From the NCBI GenBank assembly GCA_001687465.1, contig LVLI01000097.1:62001-124216 (forward strand): a DNA stretch of 62,216 nucleotides, given 5' to 3'. Made by a program: the position numbers and the translations under genes. Under the pieces are notes generated by a model that was not told the origin of the DNA, did not search any database, and saw only the letters and a program-made list of their open reading frames with translations. How positions within the stretch are numbered: the first letter of the stretch is position 1; every line of letters starts with the position of its first letter. This document shows positions 1 through 12,269 of the stretch, piece after piece. This stretch comes from Halocafeteria seosinensis. Taxonomy: Eukaryota.

Positions 1-9
1 CTGCTCACA

Positions 10-705
10 ATGCCTGGACATCCATCTCATGGCGGTGTGTATCTCTTGCGCTCGTTGCTTAATGGCTGCCGACGGATTCCGTGGTCCCCAGAGCGAGGTG
101 GATTCTGCCATGTGTTGTTGAATCTCTTGCAACTTCTGTTTGTGTTTGCACAAAACTATCTTCCACAAGAGCATAAACCTAAAGTTTCCGATTTCCAATG
201 GAATTCCGAGCTATTTGCCAATGACCCAGCATATTCTCGTGAACTGACAGAATTGCTTGAAAGCGTGATCAACACGTTCATGAGTAGCGTCGACAGCCTG
301 AAGGAGAATATTAATGTGAATCCGTCTTCCGAGTCCATTACGGCGTATACGCGATACATTTTCCGTTTTGGGCAACTGATGGTGCAAAATGTACTTGCAA
401 GCGCTGCCACAGATGAAGTTAATGCAGTTGAAACGCCGTTTGTCGTTCTCAACACCTCCCAACATGGCGAGAGCGGAGTGAGAGTCCAAAACGTGGCTTC
501 TTGGTTAGGGGACCATATTAACAGTGAGCAAGTGAAGACTCAATCAGTGTCCAAACAAGTTGATGGCTGGAAACACAAACTGTTGAGTAAGAGTGGAGGC
601 TCTCCCTCGAAGAGTTCCGGATACTCAACCTCGCAAGCCTGGAAAGCCTTCAAGAAGAGTGAGCGGCAGTGGGTGAAGTGGATTTTCAGCGAACAAAATG
701 CGTAA
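10..705 (+). CDS. 3' part (probably last exon) of a hypothetical protein gene entering from upstream of the window
   Basis: 231-codon open frame from the window edge to TAA at 703-705, with natural-looking composition. No family motif recognised; true start unknown. Confidence 0.5.
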   Translation: MPGHPSHGGVYLLRSLLNGCRRIPWSPERGGFCHVLLNLLQLLFVFAQNYLPQEHKPKVSDFQWNSELFANDPAYSRELTELLESVINTFMSSVDSLKENINVNPSSESITAYTRYIFRFGQLMVQNVLASAATDEVNAVETPFVVLNTSQHGESGVRVQNVASWLGDHINSEQVKTQSVSKQVDGWKHKLLSKSGGSPSKSSGYSTSQAWKAFKKSERQWVKWIFSEQNA

Positions 706-1149
706 CTTGTTTGTCCCATACTATGTAACGACGGCACAGAAGATACATCCTCCGCAAACTCTTGAGTTTGTACCAAGTGGCTCGTTATAACTGTATTGCC
801 GAAGTCAGTAGCCCATGACAACAGAAGACTTCCAGGAATTCTTTGGCGATCTAGTAGAGCTACTGAATGAGCATTGATCCTTTTCCTCCTGCTCCTTAAT
901 ACGTGCTACAGTTTCTCTTGGGTCTCTGCTTGCGCTGCTGTTGTGTACTACCACTACCACTGCACCCTATCATCAGAATTTACAATTCTTTGGGTTTCTG
1001 GTGTACTTTTCCCTCGGTCATCACTATTCAAGTGCCATTCTCTTCATTTTGTCTCCGTATTCTTCGAATGTCATTGCAGGGATTGTAATACAAGCATCGG
1101 GACGTCTCAATCAATGTGTTATACAGTAGGACCGCCTGGTAACCAGCAT

Positions 1150-2340
1150 GGGCTTCTTTACATTCGACGTTGTATGCCAGAATTTTATGCAGCAATAGTG
1201 TACGGAAAGGACCGAATTGCAGTACTCGGTGCTCAGGGTATAGGAAAATCGATGTTGCGAATACATGTAGGTAAAAGTCCAGTTGGGGTGCAGCTCAAGA
1301 GAAAGGGTTGCTTCAGAATCTTGTTCAGCTCCGGCGGAAGGATATTTAGGGTTTCCAATCCTAACACCGCAAGCGTTGTATTATTCCCCCTGGGAAGAAA
1401 CTGAATGACACAAGAAGTGCTTAAGGCAATGCAAATGGATTCCAATGAAGAGTTCTTCAACCTGTACATTCTGTTCATATAGTAGTAGTGTGTATTATTT
1501 ATGGCCTACCGGCTAAGTAGAAATGTAGTCTTTTTGATGTTTTCCTACGAGCTGTTTTGAATATTCTGTTCGATGGTCCGGGCAACACAGTTTCTCAGCT
1601 CAAGCAGCAATTGATCCAAAAAGTTAATGGGCTTAACTTGGGACATATTAGGCGTTTAAGTCTAAGCGACATGTATGCTGATACCAGAATAGGAACACTG
1701 TAATTGGACGTGTAAACATCCGAGAATGAGACCAACGCTCCGTCTTTCGAAATGTGTGTCGAGTTCGATTAGGGAGCAATGGAACATGAGCTTATCATTG
1801 CAAACGGCTACAGTATTACTGATTTTGCTTTTCCAACATTTATCAGGGGCGACGCAGAAAGAGCGGTACTGTCAAACGACGATTCTCCGGCGCTTGGGCA
1901 GAAAACTCAGCACCATACTCGTGGTACGATTAAAGACTTTCGTGGATAATTTCGAAGTTCGGAAACATTCACATTTCACCAATACTATTGGTCAAGCCGC
2001 TGGCTGCTGCGGTCTTGTATGATACCGGTACCATTCCATTCGATCCGAAGCACAAGAGCGCAAAGGGAAGCTCTACATGGGAAGGAAGAAAAAGAAGGGA
2101 GACGAAAGCTGTGCAAACCTTGAGTTGCATCCAGTGGAGACTTTCGACTTGCAATCAGGAAATACGTCGTTGTCGCACGTCTCAACATACTCGGTATTTC
2201 TCCTTCCCGTACGATCCGCAGTAGCAACATCAGTTATGCGTACTGTGTCTCTCGAACCTCGAACTCATGTCAACCTCTCCACTCTCTTCTGAATCCGACG
2301 TGGCCGTATCGATTGGTAACGACGTTTGTTTCTGCTGCTC
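1150..2340 (+). pseudogene. Decayed Crinkler/RHS-type (CR) P-loop NTPase gene, possibly with a C-terminal nuclease remnant
   Basis: Translates LYIRRCMPEFYAAIVYGKDRIAVLGAQGIGKSML: the LYIR-x-C lead-in plus a GxxGIGKS Walker A (about 1222-1251) typical of CR-NTPases. Stops and frameshifts follow. Weak REase-like remnant SESDVAVSIGNDVCF near 2290-2335. Confidence 0.55.
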
Positions 2341-3054
2341 GTGATGATACAGCATGTCGTCGTCCTCGACCGGAACGCACTGGTGTGAAATTTTCCTGTC
2401 TCCACAATTCGGGTACGTAGATTTGCATCGAGATCCGCAGTCGTCGCAGTTCTTGACGGTAAAAGTGGCACCTTGATGTTTGGATGGACAAGTGCATGAG
2501 CAGACGTTGGAGCCCGCAGCTGCGACCGAACGAACGCAAGGCTAACCCTGATCAGCAAGGCAAAAGGCATTCACTACCACCACCGTCTCGTGGTACGACA
2601 AACGTACCAGCATGAACTAACAAGGTGAAAAGCACGACCGTGAACCCTAATTGCATGTTCATTGCGTTATGTGAGTGCCAGGTTCTTGACGCTTCCAGGG
2701 AAAATCAACGAGCGATGAATGGCTCGGATACACCCGATTTAGCGTAGCAGATACGTATACGGAAGTTGTATGCACCTTTAGACAATCCTGCAATGAGCAA
2801 CTATCTGTATAATGCAATTGTGGAACTGAGGAGCATTGAGTCAACTTGCGACTGGAGTTCGCTGTGCAAAAATCCAAGCGGAATCCCAGCAAGTTGCAAC
2901 TTGGAAAATGAAATGACAGTGCACATTCAGCCAAAATTGCGGCAGCGGAAACGACAAAATAAAGTTGGTCCGAAGTGGGATGAAAAGAAGAGTGTATGGT
3001 CACTACAGAACGAGCACCTGGTGGTTCATGATTGTCGATTTCAGCAACGCCTAT

Positions 3055-3662
3055 TTAAGCGCATCCAGTGATGATCTTGCCGCTACAATTGGGGAAGACA
3101 TCATTATTACACTTGCTCTGACAATTGTCACAGCTGCTGACGTCCGTGCACTTCTCTTTGCCAGTTGTTTGACACACGCAGCAGCAATAGTGAGTGGAGC
3201 TGGGATTAGTCCACTCTTCGTAGGGATTGTTAGTATTCTGATTGCTTCGCAGATTTGTCTTCTCCTGCTGCTTCTGTTCCTGGGGCTGTACCTTCGCTGG
3301 CTGCTGCTTGGGTACATGCTGCTGTGCCGGTTGCTGCTCCTCTTCGGGCAAGAAGTCATCGTTCACCGTAGTGCAGTAGTAGGAAATTCCACTCCCTCCA
3401 CAATTCGGGTAGGTAGACTGGCATTGGGATTTGCAGTCACTGCACTGGTCGACATGGAACGAAGTGCCCTCATGCTTGTTTGGGCAAGTGCATCCGCAAA
3501 TATTGGTATCGCCAACCGGAGTGCTAGCGGCTGCGAAATGGGCCGAAACAAACACTACTGGTAGATCTTAGTTCCGACTACAATCCGGACATTAAAGCAA
3601 GGCTTACTTGACTGGATGAGGAAGGTGGCGAGCACCAGGATGGATCCGGTGAGGAGCTTCAT
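3055..3662 (-). CDS. Small secreted cysteine-rich protein with two internal Cys modules and a Gln-rich linker (2 exons)
   Basis: ATG at 3662. A 50-nt GTAAG..CAG intron (3607-3558) joins MKLLTGSILVLATFLIQS to IVFVSAH..., giving a signal peptide. Two similar modules, CxCxC...CxxCxSxC...PNCxG...C. Confidence 0.75.
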
Positions 3663-4570
3663 CTTTTCGAAGTTTACGGGGCGCGTAATCTGCGTGAAGA
3701 ACAGGATATTCGTTTCTTGGCTGGAGAAAAACCAAGTTTACGAAGCGATCTAACTTACCGCAAGAAACACAGTTCTAAAAGCGAACAAGTGACAATTAAC
3801 TTTTACAGCTTTCTTCGGCAAATACTGCGTAGTCTTTCAAACCAAAAGAATGTAAATAATCTAAACTGTATGTTGTAGCGTACGGTGGTGCGAGAAAGAA
3901 CAGAACATCACATCCCGAGATGGCTTCAAGTATCCAATGACTCACAGACCCTGAGGACGTGTGGAGTGCCCTACTGTATGTTACTTCCGCGCTCCACATT
4001 GCTTTTACAGAGATCCCCACATTGAATGGAGGGTACCAGTGGACTACAGAAATAGGGAGTGGGATTGTGCATAAAGTGTTCAGAACCCCTTTCGGAAAGA
4101 AGATACATCGAAAGGTGTTCTACGCTTCAACGGAACTCTTGCGATGCTCGAAACGGTTAATAGGGTACCCACAGTATTGAATATACATGATTTATGTCTT
4201 TGTATTGCTTGTACGTGTAATTCACCTATCCATGAACGCGGTTGAGAAGGAGAATATCTGTGGTGTCCACTGCAGTGCAGAAACGGAGTTGGACGCTTAC
4301 TGCGCCAGACTGGCAAGGTGCCGTCGAAGCCACAGTGGAGAAAAATATGGATATGGATATTATGGAGGAACTGCTTTCGTTATGGCACAAAACCTCCCAC
4401 GAAGATTCCATTGCAATATATCATTTTCAGACAAGAATCAAGAAACAGGACATAAGAAAATGGATCGCTGCTGTCAATGGCTTCCTAGAGGGAAGAACCC
4501 AACTCCCGCAAAAAGAAGCTCGCTACTGCAGCGTGAGCAGCAACACACGAATACTAGAAACTAACCGCGA

Positions 4571-6875
4571 TTATTCCAGTCTCTTCTTTATGCGTTCATG
4601 TTGTTCCTGAATTCCTTTGGGAAGACGGGAACCGAACTGATTATGGTACTCCTCGTATCTCGAGAGCTCTTTCTTCCATGTTTGCGGATCAACTCGGAAC
4701 AGCTTCTTCAGCGCGTTCAGGTCCATATCCAAGCCATCAGTGTTCAATCCGCCATTCTCTATATCGGGCATATAACCAATGGGCGATTCTCTGGTGGGAA
4801 CTTTTTCTCGATCTTCATTTGACGAACGGCGGAAGATCCATTCTAGCACACGAGAGTTTTCGCTGAACCCCGGCCAAATGATTCCTCCATTGCTGTCCTT
4901 CTGGAACCAGTTAACGAAGAAAATATTAGGTAGCTTAGACCGTTCAGTCTTGTCTTTCATGCTGAGCCAATGTCCGAAATAATCTGCCATGTTATACCCA
5001 CAGAATGGCTTCATCGCAAACGGATCCGCTCTGAGCACTCCTCTACCACCTTCAGCCGCAGCGGTGGTCTCAGACATCATGGTGCTGCCCAGATACGTGC
5101 CATGTTCCCAATCTAGTGACTCATACACTAAAGGTACGGTATCCGATCGGCGTCCACCGAAAATAATAGCATCAATCGGGACACCCTCGGGTTTCTCCCA
5201 GTTAGGATCGATGATCGGACACTGTGCAGCCGGGGCAGTAAATCTTGAGTTCGGATGTGCGGCATCCTCGGCGCTATCAGGAGTCCATTGCTTGCGAAGC
5301 CAGTTCGTCAAACGCTTGGGCTTTTCCTTACTCATTTTCTCCCACCACACATCCCCTTCAGGTGTCATGGCAACATTGGTAAAGATACAGTTGCTGTGGA
5401 GAGTTTCCATGGCATTTGGGTTTGTTTCGGCTGATGTACCCGGGGCGACACCGAAAAACCCGGCTTCAGGGTTAATAGCCCGCAACCTGCCCTCCTCATC
5501 AAATTTCATCCAAGCGATATCGTCACCTACGCATTCCACCTTCCATCCAGGTAGACTAGGCTGCATCATCGCGAAGTTGGTTTTCCCACATGCCGACGGG
5601 AAAGCCGCGGCGACGTATTTCTTTTCACCTTGAGGATTGGTCACACCAAGAATCAACATGTGTTCGGCCAACCACCCGTTTTCTTTAGCAAGCTTGGAAG
5701 CGATACGCAGTGCATAGCACTTCTTTCCTAAGAGAGCATTACCTCCGTAACCGGACCCGTAGCTCCAAATTGATGGTTCCTCTGGGAAATGGACAATGTA
5801 CTTGTCGTCATTATGCGGCCACGGTGAGTCTGGCTGATTAGACTTGAGAGGCATCCCAACACTGTGCAAGCACGGGACGAAAAATCCATCCGATCCCAAA
5901 GCCTTGAGAGCTTTGTCTCCAACACGAGTCATAATCCTCATGTTCGCGACCGCGTAAGGCGAGTCCGTAAGCTGGATACCAACTTGACTAATAGGTCCAC
6001 CAATAGGTCCCATAGAAAACGGGAGAGCATACAGGGTCCTTCCAGACATAGCTCCGTCGAACTTCTGCGTCAAGATTTCCTTCATCTCGTCAGGGTCTTT
6101 CCAGTTATTGGTAGGACCAGCGTCACCCTCTTTGTCGCTACAGATGAATGTTCTTCCTTCTACACGAGCAACGTCGGCCGGATCCGAGCGTGCAACATAT
6201 GAGTTCGGCCTTATTTTCTCATTCAGCTTCACCAGAGTCCCTGCAATTAAGTCGAACGCAATATATCGACAGAATTCTCTGACACTCTGTGCAAGTGTGA
6301 TGGTTGTCGAGAAGACACGCACCTGCTTGTACCATATCGTTCAGGAGCCTTTGGTTCTCCTCCTCTGACCCGTCACAAAGATGGATAGCATCGGGCTTTA
6401 GTAAACGAGCTTTCTCGGTGATCCATTCCTTGAGCTGCTTGTGGTCCGTCCACTCATCTAAAGTCTTGGAGTATTGATCATATCTCAGACCAGACCACGA
6501 GCTATTGAACCGCTTCTGTAGATCACTTTGCTTCAGGCCTGCAGCCGTACCGATCGATCTGTCGAGGGTCGTCGCTTGCAATGGCGAGTCGAACGACTTC
6601 AAGGTGCTCAAGCTAGAAAGAGACCTAGTGGTCTTCGATGTGAAAGCCTGTAAAACCAAACGCATATGAACCATAATAAAACACATTGAACCCCATGTAC
6701 GTTTTCATTGGGGAACGTACCGATTGGCGGAGCGCTTTGGTGGAAGCAAATCGAATTCTGTAGCACGCAAGCAACTCAACATGTGATCTCAGATCGAATT
6801 TCTCCAAGACATGTACATTTCCTTTAGGAAATGGGTCTCATTACAGAGACTGTCTAGTACTTACCTAGACAGCAT
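4571..6875 (-). CDS. pckG: Phosphoenolpyruvate carboxykinase, GTP-dependent type, with predicted mitochondrial presequence (4 exons)
   Basis: Motifs [60 protein letters not shown]. Hand-spliced N-terminus [34 protein letters not shown] is Arg/Ser-rich with no acidic residues. Introns at about 6864-6758, 6720-6648 and 6323-6242. Confidence 0.95.
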
Positions 6876-7879
6876 CTTTCCGTAAGTTTTTCCGGGAAAC
6901 TTCCAAGGAACCCAACTAAGAGGATCTCGACAAAAAGTAAAATCGCTGCAGATACAGTCCAAATCAACTAACACAATAATTCTGCATATAATCACGGCAA
7001 CATTTGATGGAGAAATAATATGAGTTGATTCAGCACCCTTGTCGACTAGCCATGTCCCTCTTCCCCTAAAATCTCCCTACGGACCTCTTTTGTTGTTTCG
7101 AGCGCACTCGCATGACTCTCGCCCTCAAACATGTCAACATAGCTACATGCATGACTCCCTTTGGAAACCAACACAGAGTATACCAAAATACGCAGGAGAA
7201 GCCGAGATATAGCGTCATGGACAGCTTGGAAGAGAGAGAATAAGGGGTATACTACGGGAACAAGCATTCTTTACTCCTATGGCCTTTCTTACGCTGCATA
7301 CCACCTACTTACCAATCTAAAACAAATGAAAGAGTTCTCTGATGTAGAAAGAACCTTGGGACACCGGGCGAGGGAACCAATTCGGAGCGAAATTCAGTCT
7401 GAATGAAAATCAATGGGCTCTTCCGGAAGAACCCGTCAATCTTTGCTTTCACTTTAATCTTTAATTCAAGCAGAAGTCCGCACTTGGAAGGAGAACAGCG
7501 AAATTTAAACCCTCTCCAGAGAGTAATCCCCTTAAGTTGTCGTCGCCTAAAGTTTGGAAAACTTATTTTTGTCATGTGTATTAGGTTTTGCGAGGAAGTA
7601 TTTACACCTTTTCGATCAAGTGCCGGAGTTACCACTGACAGCTCATCGAAGAACAACTTGTCGCAATATGTTCGAAGCCGCCGATCAGACACTTGTCCTT
7701 AAAGTCCCGAGGTCCGTTCAAACTCTCTACCACCTTGCATGCTGACTTGCTCTTCCAAATTATCAATGCATCACTGTGTACTGCCGCGATCCTTGAGGTT
7801 CGATAGTTCGCAGTTCCATGATCGTGAATCGCGGAGATAGAGCAGGAACCGTAGCACTTAGTGAACACTGTTTGTGGGC

Positions 7880-10800
7880 TCACTTTTTCTCCTGTTTATG
7901 CCTGAAAATTGTGTACTTCAAAGCTATCACGTTATTAAAGGCATTGCTTCCAGGGGCTAGTCGCTCGTATCGTCCAATGTGCCTCGGTGGCTCTCCGTAC
8001 TGTCGGGGCTTTCGCCCTCCCAACACTTTATGTAGATCTTGATTTAATTGTTTCCTATCAACTTCTTCAATAACTCGACCTTGACCACTACCTAAACCAC
8101 TACATGCCGATACCATGTGCGGACGAGCTTTGCATTCCTTATGACGGCGGAGTCTTCTCTTGAGCACTTTTAATAGCTCCGATGTGTTAAATCCCAGGGG
8201 GTCAACGAGGGAAATAGTATCACGGATGAGTTCCGTCTTTACCCTTTCATCTAAAGGGCTGTAAATACCCATGCTCGGACTCGAATTGATTTCTATCAGC
8301 CAAGCTTTGAGATTCCTATCAATGAGAACATCGTAGCCGAATAATTCGAAGCATGTGGGCTGCGCAGGGATCACATCGTCGGCACAGACCAAGCTCTTCA
8401 CTATCAAGTTACAAATGGACTCCCATACTTTGGTAGAATCTATACCCATGGTGGTTAATTTCTTCCAGAGAAACTCCAGAGAGCACTTGGTACTTGCGAC
8501 ATGCTGCTCGTCTCCGTCGTTTAGAAACGGTGGCCAATCGTACGGATCCGAGTCTTTCTGGATACTAGTATTCGTTAAATGCATCATCTTATCTGTAAAT
8601 TCCGAGTCAATGTCATACGCTTTCGAAGAGATTCTGGCAAATCCTTCATCGTATATAAATGCTTCAAGCGGGCTAAAACTGGTGACGAGAACGTAAATCC
8701 GCAAGTCGAACTTGAAGCCTTCAAGCAGGAGAGGATTGTCGACGTATTTTTGGATAACCGCTGTACACGAGTAACCCACTTGAGAAATATTGTCAATGAG
8801 ACGAATACCACGACCTCGAGACATGCCGATAGGTTTCAAGATCCATAAGTTCGATTTTGGTCCTGTTTCGGCATTCGCAGTTTGCCATCTTCTTTCCAGA
8901 GCCATTCTTGACTCCGCTATAGCTGCTCGATGACGCGCACTGAACGACTCTTGCTCGTTCGGCTTAACAGTGTCAAAAGAAGCTTTACCAAATGCTTCTG
9001 CAAATGCAACATACTCTTTCGGCAAGACGAAAGTAGGCGGCAACAGGGAAAATGCTGCGGCGAACTTTCCACCCAGACATTGATACCTTGATAGATTTCT
9101 CTGAAGAAGATCTTTTCGCGTTAATTCTTTGGCATGTTGGAAATGATTGACTCGTTGCCAAGCCAACAGTTTGCTTCGACGAATGTTTGGTTTACTCCAA
9201 GTCCAAAGGAGTGACCAGAGTAGTGATTCATTGTCAGAGTGAGCACCTTCCGAACCGACCGATATTGCTGGTAAGGGCGACGGCTGCCACTCAGGAAACG
9301 CTTCCATCACTTTGGAGACAACCGTATGCACCTCGTAGCGAGAGGATCTAACCAAATAAAACCTTGCTAGTGTATCCACCACTTGTCCCGTCAAACCATG
9401 AGACGCCTCATTGGCTGGAGCACTATCTGAAGAGTAAGACTGTAACATGTCTATCCACTCCGAAGCAAGTGTTTCTGCGGATAGTCGCCCCGCGTCATTG
9501 CCTTGCTGCTTGGAAGTATTGGCCAAGCCACCAGCAGCGACACGACCCACTTTGCTATACTTCCCTTGGCATCCAACGAATATCTCCTGGAATTCCGAGA
9601 AACAGTCAGAATAATCAATCGGGGCGAATTCAGGTTGTTCAGACTGAGTTGTAGAATCATCAACAGTATTTTCTGTCCTATTGGCCGGTGCTTCAGCCTC
9701 CGACGCCGTAAAATCCGAGTAACAGTCATGATTACCACTGTCCTTTGAAACCTCATACACTTCAGTTGGCTCTTCATTGTCACACACTCTACTTCTATCC
9801 AGGCGATCATCAGCTTTCTGGCAAGCGCCACTGCATAACTCGTTGAGCTTTTCCCTAAGCCGATCACGGGAGGAAGGTTCGGCAACTGTAGTGTCTTGCA
9901 CCACATGAGTGTGTTTGCAGTTTTGGCTGATGTGCATATCAACCTGCGCAGATGAAAGTTGAGTACAATGAGTCAGTTGTTCGGTGTTAGTGCACTCAAG
10001 ATTGTTGTTGCGCCCCTCAGTTGCCCCATCACTTGGCATCGACCGGTCTGATGAGCCATCATCACTCATCGAAGCGGACCGAGAAGTTTTCTCCGAAAGC
10101 GAATCTTCAAATGCAATAGGGGGCTCGACTGAAGCTTCCCTTTGTTCATCTTCGTCGGATGCCCTTGTCGTTTCTTTTACACTGGAACGCGTCTCGACCA
10201 GGGGCACAAAGGCCGCTGGGGTATCCGTTGGATCAGGCTGAGAGTGCGAGGGTTCTTGGTTTCGCAAATCCTCACTCTGAAAGTTACTTCCTGCTCCAGC
10301 CTCGATACGTTCCAAATTCGTGACGCTAGAGTCACTATCACTTTTGTTAGATACTGAATCTGCTGTTTGCGACAGTTCTGAAGATTCTTGAAAGGTGTCA
10401 GTCCCCCTGTCCGGGACTTCTCCGGCTTCTCGCTGAGTGCTATCGTGAACATCTCTCCCCGAATGTTCCTCCGAGCTGGCCTGATTTTCTGCTTGCTCAG
10501 TAGAGTCAATTTCTCGTCGCACATGATCGGACTCGTCTCCAAACTCATTGGGGTATTGGGAGTTGGCATGGATTAAGTCACTCTCGGTGTCAACTTGATT
10601 GTGCGCTAGAGCGGTTTCAGTCGTCAACGTTGTCTGCTGTCCACCCTCCGCTTTCGGCCTTGCGTATTCATCCTCAACAATACTATCTTCTTCGGAAGTG
10701 TGTGTAGAGGCATTGACAGATGAAGGAAGCTGTTTCTTCTTAGACAGATCCCCTTCCTTGGACGTGTCGGTATTACGGGAAGACGGCCTCCTCTGAGACA

Positions 10801-11677
10801 TGGGACGTGAGCGAGTCTTCTCTTCTCTTGAGTCCTGCGAATATTTTATACTGGCTCGCGGGTCTCTCTTTTGTGATCGCTGCTCATTCGATCTCTTGAC
10901 AGTATCGCTTTTGTTTTTCTTCTTTCGACTAGTAGACCAATTGAGCTTTCTTTTGTTGGTAGCTGCAATAACGAACCCTGAATTATGAATATCTGGCTTC
11001 TCGTTTTCAAGACTAGGCAAGTGGCTTCGGCGCGATCGTTTTGCCTGGCCCTGGCGTTTTGATTTCTTCCCTTTCTTCACTGTATGTTGCCAGAGTGTCT
11101 CCAGACTATCCTTTGTGGACTTTTGGTCCGGTTTCGACGAGGGGCCATGAGATGATGCCATTGTGGAGATTGCCGTTTGATTGCTCGAGGCCGGGTACCC
11201 TCCACTGCTTTCCTCCGAGGGTGTTGCCACTGGTACACTAGTATTCCCCTCCTCTGCCGTGGTTGCGTTGATGTTTTGCACCGATGACTGAGATGAACCT
11301 TCCGTTTTCCGCTGGGAAGTGTTTGTTGTGCCAGTGGAATACTTGAAATCATCGCGTACCGCCTGCGTTGTCGGCTTCCTTTCGTCCCGGGACGTTGTTA
11401 TCGTCATGTACCGCGAATGCTTCAAACGATCCGCTGTCTCTTCATCCCCCGTCAGTAAGGCTTGAACTCTCGCTTCCGCTATGCGTTTATCCAGCTCCTG
11501 CCGCATCACGTCCAGCTGTTGTTCAGCGTGGCTCGCCAACGGAGTGCCATCAAACTCCCGTGATGCCAGCAGTGGTTCTAACTGGAGACGACTCTGCTCC
11601 AAAAGCTGTGTGGAAAGGTAAGGAACATTCTGAATGTCTAATATGGGGAAGGACTCCAAGTCCGGTGGAAGCGACAT
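7880..11677 (-). CDS. Tubulin-tyrosine ligase-like (TTLL) tubulin polyglutamylase with a long low-complexity N-terminus
   Basis: 1265-aa single ORF. C-terminal TTL domain motifs QRVNHF..ELTRKD, WILKPIGMSRGRGI, IQKYV.NPLL.GFKFDLRIYVLV, HLTNTSIQK, CFELFGYDVLID, WLIEINSSPS. Confidence 0.92.
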   Translation of the reverse strand: MSLPPDLESFPILDIQNVPYLSTQLLEQSRLQLEPLLASREFDGTPLASHAEQQLDVMRQELDKRIAEARVQALLTGDEETADRLKHSRYMTITTSRDERKPTTQAVRDDFKYSTGTTNTSQRKTEGSSQSSVQNINATTAEEGNTSVPVATPSEESSGGYPASSNQTAISTMASSHGPSSKPDQKSTKDSLETLWQHTVKKGKKSKRQGQAKRSRRSHLPSLENEKPDIHNSGFVIAATNKRKLNWSTSRKKKNKSDTVKRSNEQRSQKRDPRASIKYSQDSREEKTRSRPMSQRRPSSRNTDTSKEGDLSKKKQLPSSVNASTHTSEEDSIVEDEYARPKAEGGQQTTLTTETALAHNQVDTESDLIHANSQYPNEFGDESDHVRREIDSTEQAENQASSEEHSGRDVHDSTQREAGEVPDRGTDTFQESSELSQTADSVSNKSDSDSSVTNLERIEAGAGSNFQSEDLRNQEPSHSQPDPTDTPAAFVPLVETRSSVKETTRASDEDEQREASVEPPIAFEDSLSEKTSRSASMSDDGSSDRSMPSDGATEGRNNNLECTNTEQLTHCTQLSSAQVDMHISQNCKHTHVVQDTTVAEPSSRDRLREKLNELCSGACQKADDRLDRSRVCDNEEPTEVYEVSKDSGNHDCYSDFTASEAEAPANRTENTVDDSTTQSEQPEFAPIDYSDCFSEFQEIFVGCQGKYSKVGRVAAGGLANTSKQQGNDAGRLSAETLASEWIDMLQSYSSDSAPANEASHGLTGQVVDTLARFYLVRSSRYEVHTVVSKVMEAFPEWQPSPLPAISVGSEGAHSDNESLLWSLLWTWSKPNIRRSKLLAWQRVNHFQHAKELTRKDLLQRNLSRYQCLGGKFAAAFSLLPPTFVLPKEYVAFAEAFGKASFDTVKPNEQESFSARHRAAIAESRMALERRWQTANAETGPKSNLWILKPIGMSRGRGIRLIDNISQVGYSCTAVIQKYVDNPLLLEGFKFDLRIYVLVTSFSPLEAFIYDEGFARISSKAYDIDSEFTDKMMHLTNTSIQKDSDPYDWPPFLNDGDEQHVASTKCSLEFLWKKLTTMGIDSTKVWESICNLIVKSLVCADDVIPAQPTCFELFGYDVLIDRNLKAWLIEINSSPSMGIYSPLDERVKTELIRDTISLVDPLGFNTSELLKVLKRRLRRHKECKARPHMVSACSGLGSGQGRVIEEVDRKQLNQDLHKVLGGRKPRQYGEPPRHIGRYERLAPGSNAFNNVIALKYTIFRHKQEKK

Positions 11678-12269
11678 TGTCGCAACTTGCCGGTATTATG
11701 CACCAGAGGCCGTCTCCACTCCCCACACTGCTAACTGCGGGTGAATACACTATATTGTGCTTGAACAGACCCTTGGAATCAACATGAAGCGGAAGATGTC
11801 ATTATTACGGGGTATGCGAGACTTCGCACCATCCTGCGACCTAACCCGGCGTGGTCCCTCTTTCTTTGTAAGCACCACAAATACGACCAGTTTTCTCCAT
11901 ACGGCAGATACAGGAATACATACGACAAACAATGCTCATAACATAAATTTAGTGAAATTCACTGAATTTGCAGCGATACACTACCACTTAACGCTTATTG
12001 TTTCACACTTCTCAATGAAGTGAAACTTCAACGGCCAACTTTGGTTGTGCTTGGCTTAGGTTCCTGGTGGTACAAGTAGGAATTTCCTACCCAACACACT
12101 GGGAAATACCGTCAGTCTTCGATTGTCTAATAAGAAACAAAGATATGTTCAATTGAATTGAATCATTAAATATTTAAGCGAAGGACGATAGTTTGGTGGT
12201 TCTCCGGGAACTCTATGGTAGATCCTGAATCTTGTACAACAGGGTGGTGTTCCGGAGTACGGCACCACA

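Noticed and set aside
703..716. TAA followed by ttgtttgt, resembling the Blastocystis TGTTTGTT polyadenylation/stop-creation motif
   Set aside because: Imperfect, seen once, and the other genes have complete genomic stop codons without it.
3800..4570. Overlapping protein-like short ORFs downstream of PEPCK
   Set aside because: Possibly another decayed gene, but no motif or spliced model could be supported.
7000..7870. Short ORFs between PEPCK and TTLL
   Set aside because: No recognisable family and no consistent frame.
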